DNA from: Klebsormidium nitens
Taxonomy: Eukaryota; Plantae; Klebsormidiophyceae
Length of the DNA: 64,000 nt
Assembly (NCBI GenBank): GCA_000708835.1
Contig: DF237108.1
Location: 100,668 to 164,667 of the forward strand
Reading direction: 5' to 3'
This document shows, piece after piece, positions 33,203 through 45,192 of the stretch (position 1 is the first letter of the stretch; the number at the start of each line of letters is the position of its first letter). Made by a program: the position numbers and the translations under genes. Under the pieces are notes generated by a model. It was not told where the DNA came from, searched no databases, and saw nothing but the letters and a program-made list of their open reading frames with translations.

Positions 33203-35037
33203 ATGGCACTAGCAATCCACACTCCTGCTGTTCGCCCAGGCTCCTTGCGGTATTCTACAGTTTCCCAGCGGCAGCACATCGGATTCCATAGTGCTGTCAA
33301 GCTGATTGCTGGAAGCAATACAACTTTGAAGGCGCAGTTTGGAAAGAGGACTGCCAATGGACCTGTATCCAGAAGCTTCCAACCTCCGCAAAGCTCAAAG
33401 TCAGGTTCTCTCTGCTCCAGTGGGTTGTGCTGGAATTATCGTGATTGGCCTCGCTCCAAGTGGGTTCCCTGTCTTTCGTCAATGCAAGCAGGCAGCAGCA
33501 GGTTACGAGCTAGACAGAAGCGCCCAGTCCACACAGCTTTCGACCATTCCATTTCTCCACATTCTTCAGCTCTATACTCCAATCAGTCTGCATCAGCCAG
33601 AAACTTCTGCAAATCCTGTGAGAAGAGGGGAAAGGGGCCCTTCGTTCCATCTCAAGCCTACACTTGCATAGGGTCAAACTCACAGGACACTTCTGTCAAC
33701 CAACCAGTCTCCCCTACACGATCAACGCCCTGCAGACTTCGTCTGTCTACAACCAGCCTAGTAGCACCTAGACGAAGGGGCTGTGAACCAGGTATGGGGA
33801 GAAAAAGCAGCGGGCCAAGAAGGAGAAGTTTGCGCGCTGTGCGTGTGGAAGATCTGAGCCCCGCGGCCCCACAGCCAGAAGAGGAGGAACCTGTGGATGT
33901 GAAGGTTCCGGTGGGGTTTGTTGGAGAGACTTCGGACACTGTATTTTCAGTCCGAAAGCTGCTGCCGGCTCCGAGCGTCCTTGTCACAGTGAGTGGCCGG
34001 GAATTGCTCTTCCAAAGTTAGTTTCAAAGCAGTCTGGCCACTGCAGATATTCCTACCTATATGCCTTTCTCCTCTTCCACAAACTCTGCCCAAAGCCCCC
34101 TCACCTCTTCAAAGATTCTAACTGCCCCTCAGAAGATAGTGGTACAAACACCTTGCACATTTTTCAGGAATCCACTCAAAATACCATTCTTTCCCAAAGT
34201 GACCCGTTTTTGAACGCGTCTGTTTGTCTCAAGTCATTTTCCCTGGTCGTCCTTCTGCCTGATTCAAGTACCTTATGTGATGTCCCCAGGTGACGTTGCC
34301 CAAGCCTCTCGGAATCGTTTTCGAGGAGTCGCGGATTCGCAAGCGCGTTGTTGTGGCTGATCTGATCCCGGGGGGAAACGCAGAGCAGGCAGCGAGAGTC
34401 GTGCAAATGTTTGGGACCGTCAGGACATCAGGTCGAGACGGGGCCTCAGCGCGAACGGGGGCGGCGGTGCAAAAAGGGGACGTTCTTAGGGGATTGACAA
34501 CTGTGAGTAGCTGCCCTCAAGTTTCCCGTTTACGTTTGGTTTTTGTTGGTATGCCTACCTCAGAAATGGCAATTTGTGAAGATCTTACTGGTTCATCCGG
34601 TTTGATAGTCCCTCGCTGCCATGTCAGGAGCATGACAGTCGCCGAAACCGATTTGCGATCGACTCTACAGCATCGTTATGTTCATTGGTAGCACAAGCAG
34701 GCGCATTCTATTGGGCTCGTTCATGCCAACTTATCAGACATGCCACTTACTGAAAAGTCCTGAACTATCTAGCGTCAAGCATGAGAAAATTGGAGCGAGC
34801 TCTGAAGGAGAGGCAAAACTGGACTCTGAAAGCTCTAAACAACGGATTTTCCTGCAGACCCAATGCATCGTAGACCTGTTCGGGGTGCGAGCGCCCCGAC
34901 GAGCGTCCGTCTACTTCGACACAAAGAACCGACGTTGGGGGGAGATAATGGGCGCCTTTGGGGCTGTCAAAGTGTCAGACGGGGAGATCACGTTGGTCCT
35001 TGAACGCAAGCTGGAACGAGATCAAGCACCACGGTAG
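33203..35037 (+). CDS. Uncharacterised PDZ-like domain protein, probably plastid-targeted, 3 exons
   Basis: Exons 33203-33988, 34290-34502 and 34858-35037, all phase 0. VTLPKPLGIVFEE...VVVADLIPGGNAE...VQKGDVLRG resembles a PDZ fold. The N-terminus is Ser/Arg-rich and transit-peptide-like. The start codon is uncertain. Confidence 0.7.
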
Positions 35038-35894
35038 CATCGATTAGGCATGTTGGGCGAGGCTAGGGCGCCAGGCAACAACATCGGCCAATTTAAAGTT
35101 CGATGATATACTATGCAGAAGCGCTGCCAGTCCTACACTAGGGCTGAGGTAGGCTTCCTTGATCAACAACGATAGTGGTTCTCGATTCCAGCATGAGCCT
35201 GGCCTGTCATGCATGATGTGCGACATCGAACTACTGTGGTCGGCATATGCACATATGACATGCATGCTTAGGATGTCGAAGAGCTCTTGATTTCATCTGT
35301 TCAATTTGCGGCCCCCGCGATCCTCTCTTCAGAGTCGAGGATTAAGGCATACGTCTACAGGCGCCATGGCCCGGCGGCGAACGACGATCTTGTACTGGCC
35401 GCCAGAGAATAGCTTCTAGTGAGGATCTGTTGGAAGCAGACTCCGACATGGAGCCAGCGTTCGTATACCAGTGCACTATAGCCTGAGCTCAATTCCGTTG
35501 CAGCTTAGTCTGGGGCGGACTTGCATCATGGCATGCAGAATTCAGGCTTCAGAATAGCCCATCTATCGTGGTTCACTGCATGCACCTCCGATTGAAAAGC
35601 AGCCAACCTACTCAATGTGGCCTTGAGTTGCAACACGCTCAGACCGGCTGCCCGATTGCCATCGTTGTTATGTTTAGATTACAACTCAATCAGCTAGGCA
35701 ATTGTCCTACGCTAGAGTGCTCTAAGGGGAGCGACTTCCTAACGCATGTCGGGTAGGCCCAGTGTTGGCCTACTGGCAGCAAGCTAGCAATTTTCTCCAT
35801 ATAAAAAGCAACCACCGAATGCCAGCTATGAGTTAGAAACGAACGACGACACGGGTCCGGCCCTTCCAAAACCCCCACGCCAAGCCCTCTGAAA

Positions 35895-38800
35895 CTATGA
35901 TATAGCAGTCCTGAAGAAACGTTTCAAAAACTCGTACGTCATGAACGCGATACCGACCCCCGGAACCACCTTATAGTACTCTGGTATGATGCCCTTGTAC
36001 AGACCCATCCAGCCCTCCGTCCGTATTATACTCCGAAACATGCCCGGTATTCCGTCCTTGTACACGCGCTCCGCTCCTCGAGCCCCCTCTAGTTGCATCC
36101 GGCGCCGCACGAGGTCAATGGGAAAGGTGAAGGTGGAGGAACAGATGCCGGCAATGCTGCCGCACCCGAGACTGACTGCCACTGGAGAAGCCTGGGGCCT
36201 GCAGGTGAAAACTTTCGGCTTCATAGTCCGCTCTGGCCTGTGTCAAGGATCCAAACCTGTTTTGAATTTATCATCGCTGTACCAAGCGCTCTAACTAGAA
36301 AGTTCTCTTTCCTCTTGGCACTGATAAGCGAAGAAAACCAGAAGAGGATGCGTCGGTCCGATGGGTTATTTTGAGGTTCCAAATCCTTACTCACAACATG
36401 GGTCTACTCACAACATGGGCAACCTGTGTAACTTCCGAACTTTGAACTCCCCAGTCACGTCCGAACTGGAGTGACAATAGTCTACCATTGTACGCCATCT
36501 TTCCCTTGCACACAGTTTTAGCTGATGAATTCAAAGTCGATAGGAAAGAGTCACGCAAACCACAGCACTCTGCAAGTAATCAGGCAGCTTGTCGGTCTGC
36601 TCAACTGTTACAGAATTCTTCTCAAATGGGATGAGAACAAACTTCGAAGTAGAGGCCGTCCCCTGGCAGTGTAACAACAGAAAGTACAGCTGTTCTGAAT
36701 CGAGCCTGCCATTGGGTTTCCTAATAAATACTGAGAGCATGATTTCTGTTCTTCCGTATGGTCGACCATGGAATGGCATCCGACGGCTCAAGATCGCGGA
36801 CCACAACTCAAAGATTGAATACTGGGGTGGCAAGTACTGACGAAAAATGCTTGACAATATTCAACAAAGATCTGAAAGCGGAAGAGGCATCTCCAAACAA
36901 CGAAGCCGTGACAAGTATGATAACTCACTGTGTGGCCTCAATCCAGTTCTTCATCGTCTCGTATGCGCAGAAGTTGATCGCGATATTCGGGCCAACGCCC
37001 TGTCCCAGAAAACAAAGAGCTGATCAGTCAGGAAAAGCAGACCTTTTTCGAATCTATGCAACCAGCAGCTTGTATCTCGACCCCCGAAGCAATCTCAACA
37101 GCAGGCAGACGACTCTTGGAGGGGCTGCTAGTGATTCTGAGGTGGGGTCGTCCATCCCGCAACCCGATACACAAAAAACAATCTTAGCCTAACCACGCTT
37201 AATGGCTGAAAATCTGACAACTTCTTCTATAAGGAAGTGCACGCAAAGTCGAGTCCAGGTCAGGATTTCCTGCTTAAGCAAACGGGGCTCAAGCCTCTGG
37301 CTGATTCTGACGGCGCGCAGCAAACACCACTTCTCTCAAAAACGCCCACGTGCACTACTGATCTACGCTAAACTGCCTTCCTGCTTCAATGCATTTCCGA
37401 GACGTTGCGACCAATCAACGTGACCTCCATTAGACAGACAAAGCCTGACGTAAACCAAACCACATAGCGATCAGTATATAACTCCTTGACGATCAGTTGC
37501 GGAATCCTCTGCTGTTGCACGAGTAAAAACGAGAACCAGCGCCAGGTTCAAAAGTGCGCCAGTGGCACAGGCGAACAGTCAGGCAGTGCTTTTCCTCCAC
37601 CCTTTCAACTCCCGGCTCTGTTAGCATGTTTGTATCCAAAAACACATTTCTACACCACCAAAGGGCAAACTCCAGGTCTTTTCTTCTGCTTCCTCACCCA
37701 GTGCATCTACATTTACCCTTCCCTCCTTCTTTCCCTCTCCCCCTCTCCCAAAAGCCACCCCTCATTCTTCCTCTTCCCAGATCGTTACTGGATGCTCCAC
37801 AAAAGCAGCATAAACTCAAAACGTAGCAACGGAGTGAGTAGTGAAGATGAGTAAACAAACCGAATAGCATACGACTTACCATCAGGGTAGCACCCATTCC
37901 TTTGTACAGGCCCCGGAGGCCCTCGTCCCGAGCGATGGTTGCCAAAGCATGGCCAATGCCCTTATAGTACATCACATTTGTCTGCAGACACAGAGCACCC
38001 ACTTTAGAGGCAGCAACAAGGAAAAACGACAAGAGTTGGACTTCTGACTGTCCCTTAGGAGAAAACAGAAAGAGAACAGACATGAGATACTTGCGAAGAC
38101 AGAGGACAGGGACATGAGATACTTGCAAGGTGCGTCAGCAAAAAGAAAGTCGGAAGGAAGCATCTGCTCAAACCAGGCGCGAACTATGGATGTAACTGAA
38201 TCTGCATTGTGCAACGTCTAGGGGGCCCTGTTTCTCTTCGAGAAGGACCCGTGACAGAGAGAGGGTGTGCTACAACGTTGAGAAGCAAGGTGCCCGCACG
38301 GTTGTACCCTAAGACACATGTTCTAGATCAACTTCTTATGTGACCCGCACTAAGGAAGCAGTGACTACCGCAATCTTGCCACAGAACTAGAGAGAAACTT
38401 CACAACCACAACTTCGATGGTATGTGGAATGACATTTGGTCATTCCACAAACCATTTGCTGCAAGAAATCTCCTGTATCTTACCTGAGCCGCTAATCTCG
38501 TCCTGACCAGGTCCAGGGGGTATGTCAGACTGGCGGCCGTCACACCAGCTCCCCCCCCGGCCACCAACCTCGTTCCCATGCTGAGAACGGGGCTCTGGTT
38601 ATCTTCTATGTGCAGGGTGTTTCGCAAAAGCTGCAGAAAACAACGTTCAATACATTCAGGTGAAATATAACCCATCAGGTAACAAAGAAACCATCAGACT
38701 CAAAAACGCGGGGCAAACTTCGAGCACCTCGTTTCTCAGTAGCCCCTGATCCAGGAAGTCGTTGCTTTTTCGATCAAGTGCCGCACCATGATTCTAGTGC

Positions 38801-41104
38801 GCAGATCAACACTGCAATTTCGGACCATGTCCTGACGCCAAACTTTTGTAATCACTTTGAGAAAAGCTGTTCAGCTCCTCATCCTCCACAAGAAGGCTCA
38901 GGGATCCCATTCTCTGATAGCAAACAGAAAGCCTGAATGACTGCATGTCGTTTTGCAAACATGGGAAGCCGACCGCTGGCAGACGAAAGGGTCCTTGGCC
39001 GGAATTCTAACTAATCCTAACGAGATGTAAGCTTCTTTGAGCACCAGGTGCAGCGGATCGAAGGGAGTACTTTCATGAAACCAAATGAGAATGGACTTGA
39101 ACAAGAAATGAGCAGATCCCCAAGTTTAGGAAACTTGTTGCCAACTCCCATTGAAAATAGAAGATCACTGGGGATGAGGAGAGACGGAACAGCAGGGCTC
39201 ACCGACTTGTACTTTTCATAGGAGAAAAAGTTGAGCGCCGAATAGGGTAGCCGATGCACAATTGTGACTGCATTCCCCTTCCAAAATGCTCGGAGGCCTT
39301 CTTCCCTGTAGATGCGCATCATCTCCTTGGAAAGGCTTGGCTGACCCTTGCTTGTGGGGCCGTGCATCCCTTGTAACTGGTTGAATGAAAGTTGCGAGTG
39401 TTACTTTGCAAGTGTTAGCGAAAGCAGCTCAAACCTTGCTGGTTGAGCGGTGCAATCCGTGTTCTAGTGGACAAAGGCTTTGCAGTGAATGAAATAGTTG
39501 CCCCAGTGCCTAGCAAAGGGGCAACGAGTATGCCAAGCCCATGGTAGAGACAGTGCAGAAACCTTAAAACCCTAATTCCACGACAACGAATTAAGTGGCC
39601 CTAAAGTGATGCATTTACTGAAAGCTCTAAGCATGCTGTATGAGAGCCAGAGCGCAGCATAGCTGCAGCGAGCATCTGCTTTCAAACAAAACTGCGGAGC
39701 ACTTCGACCTTGCAATTCTCTTAATCTTCTTCAAGTAAGACCGATAGCAAGATGAATAAGTTGGACAAGGAGATTAGGTCGCTTTTGGGCCACAGACATA
39801 CGAGCCGGGTTCGAAAGGAAAGTCTTGACCCAAATACATCTTAGCACATCATGAGCAGGTCGAGAAGCAAGACTTGATGTTGATACAACTGATTTCAAGC
39901 AGGAGTGCAATGGTGGCAGAAAAGGGACAATATCAAACAGCGGCGCAACTATCAAAAAGGTGATAAAGCAAAACACCGTGATATAAGCTCTCCCTGGACG
40001 CTGGATGATTGATGGCACCTGGCCATGATAGTACAACCAAACGATCTCCAAACACAGACTCTTTTCAGCATTTTTCAACAATGAACACAAGCCATTCCAA
40101 ACTTCCGACATAGAACCAAGAACAGACCTCACTAATCCCTTAAAGTGACCCCATCCAAAACCCTTGAACAAACCCGCACTAAAAAGGTAGACCTTGACTC
40201 GACGTAGCTGACCATTACCTAGAAACCTTCCAGATGTGCAGATTGAAACCGTATAAGCGAACGCATGACTCCCCCTCTCCAAAAGAAGAGCGGTAACTAC
40301 ATCAACACACCTGATAGGACAAGCAACGCAACACGTCTCCTGCCACAGAAGGATTTGGTGTAAGGAACAAAACTCGCTTCATTGCAGAAGTTTGTGACCT
40401 GCTAAGCCTATGGTGGTAAAGATTTACAGCAACTGCTAAAAATCGATCTGAAACCAGCCTTCATCTGTGAAAGATCTGATCTCAAGTGTTTCTGCGCCTC
40501 AGCAATTTCCACTCGGCGCAGACCCTCAACTTTATTTATTAAAACCTGAGTCAAGCCTCACCTGGAAGAGAATAGTCAGCCTTGCAAGGGGTGCTGTACA
40601 GCTCTTACTGACCGCCCCCGCAATCCCCCCTGCCATGAGCTGCGAGATCGTGCTCAGGTACAATTGCCGGCCCCCAACATTCCGGTTTACCAACTCGATC
40701 GCTTCAACCTCATCCTCAACTTTCTCTGCAGTCCCCAGCGTCCCATCCTCGCTCAACTCGTCGTCCGCATCTGTTGTGCGGGGAATATTTTTCCTCAAAG
40801 GTAAGTGGAGAGGATCCAGGGGTTGGTGGGACGCCCCTAAAGACCTCAGAGGAGGGGGATTCACAACGCTGATGGGGTCTCTACCAGCCAAAGACTCGTT
40901 TGCAGCGAGGGCGGGATGGACCCCAGCCGCCAACCCCATCACTACCCTATTCCTCTGAAGCACTCGACTTATGAGATCGTCCCAGATCTGTGAAGAATAC
41001 TGCTGCGTTGCAAACTGAGGACTCAGCCGCCACTGTCTCTCTGCGCTGCTTGTGCTGCACTCACGACTGCTGGTGGCCCTCTCGGGCTGTGGATTATCCA
41101 CCAT
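35895..41104 (-). CDS. Mitochondrial substrate carrier (SLC25), plant TAPLARLTILFQ subfamily (adenine-nucleotide-carrier-like), 6 exons
   Basis: Exons 41104-40562 (…QLMAGGIAGAVSKSCTAPLARLTILFQ), 39376-39203 (REEGLRAFWKGNAVTIVHRLPYSALNFFSYEKYK), 38630-38484 (TYPLDLVRTRLAAQ), 37981-37880, 36999-36929 (GVGPNIAINFCAYE) and 36198-35895 (TFPIDLVRRRMQLEG...GIIPEYYKVVPGVGIAFMTYE). Phases are consistent. Confidence 0.93.
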
Positions 41105-41854
41105 CTCCTTCCCAGGCTACCTTATGACCAACCCTCCCTCCCAAAAGATTGCTGCGCTTCACCAAGATCTTCTGTCACTGAACAGGAAAGCAAAGAAATC
41201 CCTGCCCAAAATTCTTCTACGTCAAGTCTGCATCATGATCCATGCAGATGATACGGTACTAGCTATCAGTCTGCGTTCTCATCTGAAAGCAAGGAGTGGG
41301 ACGGCGGGCCCGCTGTTCAGAACCGTCGATGGTCACGCCAGCCCCTATCGAGACACATTCAATCGTCCGATGATAACCCCATAATTGCCCCCTGGAACAC
41401 CCGATTTGGGAGTCGGGACCCTTTAATTACTGAGGCGACCTCAGCGCGTCGGATGAGTCCGCGCCTTATGATTTTGCTGCCATGACACCAGCTCCTACAT
41501 CAAAAGTTCCGCTTCTATAGCAACTTGTTAGTTGGTGTCAATGCATACAAGGGTGCGTATGGGTGACTGTGCAGGATGAGAATCTCGACTGGGATTGACG
41601 GTTTCCTTAACCGTAACCTACGTCAAGCTCTTCCTAGGGCCGAGAATAGGTAGACCGTAGACGGAAACCCTTCGCTAACCACACGCAGAACGGGAATTCC
41701 CATGTTGACATCGGCGCAGGACGAAGCCCAGAGGAAACAGACTAAACAGGGGGACCCCCTTCATTGCTACCTAGCTTCGTCTCCTGCACAGGTCCCACTC
41801 ATGCATTGCATCATTTAGCACGAAAGCGGCCTCAGATTGAAGGAGCACAGCGAG

Positions 41855-43552
41855 ATGGCGCTTCCCAGCCTTCAGAGCAGGTTCGAGGGCTGCCTGTTGG
41901 GGGGCGCTATTGGGGATGCGCTGGGGGCGCCGGTGGAGTTCCAGAATGCACACACAATCTTTGCAACTTATGGGCCAAAAGGTGGGCCGCAGCGAAGCCA
42001 AAAGCTTGTGATGAGAAGTTTTGAGGGTAGTTTGAGAGTCTTGTAACTTCTGCAGCTACGCCTGAGCTTTAAGCCTCCGGTCCATTGAGTCTCTGTCGGC
42101 ACACTCAGGGGTGCACTCTTATGTTGCTCCATTATACACCGTGCCCAGATGTGCTTTGCTCCGCTGAACATTGAAACTTATGCTTAGGTATTCAAGCTGC
42201 AAACACAATGTTTCAGCTTTTTCAGGGTTGACTGCATGAATGAACTGTATTCAGCTAGACGGTAGTCAGCGATGCTAGAAGTCGTAGACTGCAGAAATCT
42301 GACGGGGATCCCTGTGTACCCTGTTTGGTGCTTTGACAATCTGGAAGCAGTGACCTGATGCAAGGCGCCTGAAAACAAAACACAGAATCATTACTTTCTC
42401 CTTTTCCAGCTGTTTTGCGATTGCCAATCTGACACCAGATGCCCCCTGCTTGCAGGCATCACAGACTTGCCGCAGCCTGGCACCTTTACAGATGACACGC
42501 AGATGACTCTCTTCACGGCAGAAGGCCTGATCTCAGCCGTCGGCCATCAATATCTCCAGATGCCCCCCCAGGGCAGCTCCCCTAAGATTACAAAGGAAGC
42601 AATCTCTATGCTTCACCAGTCCTACCTCCGCTGGCTTGCCACTCAGCAGATGGAAAGCAAATATGAGATGTTCTCAATCCTCAAGTCTTCGGGCTGGCTT
42701 GTGAGTCACAAGGAGCTTCATCGCAGAGAAGCACCCGGGAAGACTTGCCTGAGCGCCCTCGCAAGCGGGAGAATTGGGTCCAGGACTGAAACTCTCAACA
42801 ACAGCAAAGGTTGTGGAGGTGTCATGCGGGTGGCTCCGGCGGCGCTGATCGTGCACGGTGCGTGGCCGGAGGAGACTGCGGACCGTAAAGCGGCGCTCGC
42901 TTACGAGATTGGGTGTGCCGCCGCCGCGATCACGCACTCGCATCCGGCGGGTTATCATTCTGGCGGTATGCTAGCCGCTATCATCTCGTACGTACTTTCG
43001 GGAGAGGAGCTGCTTCGGGCTGTCGAGCTGTCCTGCGAGATTCTCGGGAAGGAGAAGAATGGCACTGAGACACTTGACTGCATCCGCCTCTCTGTGAGGC
43101 TGGGAATCGACAGGAAGGCCAAGCTTGAGGCGGCTCCCAAGGAAGAGAAGAGTAAAGGTTCTGGAGTGGAGAAGCTGATTGCAGAGGAGATTGAGAGCAT
43201 TGGTGGCGGCTGGGTTGGCGAGGAGGCCCTTGGAATCGCTCTCTATTGTTGTATTCTTGCTGGCAGGGACTTTGAAGCCGGCCTTATCTGGTCGGTGAAT
43301 CACACCGGTGACTCAGATAGCACAGGGGCCATTGCGGGGAACATTCTTGGAGCGCTCCTCGGAAGTGAGGGCATACCAGCACGTTGGCCAAACGGTGTCG
43401 ACATGTCGGAGCTTGTCAAAGAAGTGGCTAGCGACTTGTACAGCGCTACCAATGAGAGCGCTACCAATTATGAGTATCCTGGGGCACTCCGACTTCTCAA
43501 GTCTGGCAAGTACCCGCGGTGGTTCATGCAAGTTACACCTACGTATCATTAA
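41855..43552 (+). CDS. ADP-ribosylglycohydrolase (ARH/DraG family), ~407 aa, 2 exons
   Basis: Exon 41855-41981 ([20 protein letters not shown]) joins exon 42456-43552 in phase 1. Motifs: [80 protein letters not shown]. Confidence 0.93.
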
Positions 43553-45192
43553 GGTTACAGAACACTAATGCGAAGATACATGAATATCGCGTCGAACATT
43601 ACTTGCTGATTGTCGGCCACTTTTGTTGGAGCTAGAGGCAGTCTAATTACGCCTTGGCCAGAGAGACAGTTAAAAAATGTGCACAATGCGTAAAATTGTG
43701 CACTGACTATCGTATGTTCATAAATCACAGTCCTGATCGAGGTTATCTCATAGGTACAATTCTAGATCATTCCGGATCAACTCCTTTCGATCGGTTTGGT
43801 CTCAGACCGGGTCTCGAAAAGAACTTTTGTGAGTCAAGTTGATCATGTCAGGAATTTGCAATCCCAGCAGATCATGCAATGTTGAATGACCTTAACGTAC
43901 ATGGTAATGCATGCTCGCTGAAGTCACTGTTAAGTAATATATCCAACAACTGGACGTCATGATCTAGCTCATATGGCCCGGCTGTTCATGGCACCGCGTA
44001 AGTGCTTGCCCCGAGCCCAATGATGAATCAAAAGACTCTTCCGGATTCTTACTGCACGTTGCAGCAACTTAGTAACATGCTTCGTTGATTGATCATGATA
44101 CCATGAATGGCCGCCGCTCCTTCGATGCAATTCGCTGGAAGGAATGCTAGTTGACGGTCTGATGCGGATGGCATGGAATGATGTTTGCTAGACAGAGACT
44201 GAAGTTTTTCAAAAGAGTGCGCAGGACACACCGGCCATAAAGCTAACACGTTACTGTAGCGTCAAATCCAAACGATGATATCCCCTTTCAAGTTTCGGTT
44301 GCAAAGAGCTCTATACTTGGACTCTTAGTATCATTGTAGTCAAAGCGCAGCCATACAAATAAATATTCGGCAAAATGATGGGTCTGCAATCAATTTTCTT
44401 ACTCAACGTAGGGACAATTCTTCAGCATGTCAAGCGGCCAACTCGACTGCACACGTCCTTTCAACTCGAGCGGTGTGTCGCGATGACAACAAAGGGTTAG
44501 CTATCGTACATATACATTGCCTCCGGCCAGATTGAAGCGCGAAGTCGTTCCACGACTGTAGTGCTGATGGACTTGTCTTCCAAGTCAGGTACATCTGCAA
44601 AGGAGGGAAGCCACAGCTTGTTCGCGCTGGCATCTTATCTTTTCACACAGTTTTGTGAAATTCGTCGCGTTTTCTGCTGGCTTGCAAGTAGACCTTCAGA
44701 AGGAACAGAACCAAGAGACTACCCATACTGCCCACAAGCTGCCTATCAAACTGCCGCGAGAGCCCAATTACCAAAAATCCATTTCAGATAGGTAGCTTTC
44801 CGAGGGAAGGCAACCCGAATACGAATCAGAAGGGTTTACACGATCTTACGTCCCAAGACAAGCAAACCAACCAGCGAGCGAATGAGCTGACGATTTGCAC
44901 TTCTGAGGACCAACAGGTCTCGCACACGTAGGCGACTGGATTTCAAATATAGGGACGGAAACCATTGAACCACGTAGAACAAAGGAACACGGAGACACAG
45001 GAATTGTACGTCAGAATCTCGTAAGACGCGACGAGCGGAAAACGATACTCACGGTCGCAAGGTCGGCGCCACAAAGCAGACTCACTTTATAGAGCGGTGA
45101 CCGCATTGCGATCCTTGCAACAAGCAAACAGTCCAAGAAACAAACAGGAGGAAAGTAAGAGAAGACAACAAAGATAAAAGAGAGATTAGTGC

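Noticed and set aside
39731-40282. 183-aa ORF inside intron 1 of carrier 2
   Set aside because: No recognisable family, low GC unlike the real exons, and it lies wholly within a well-supported intron.
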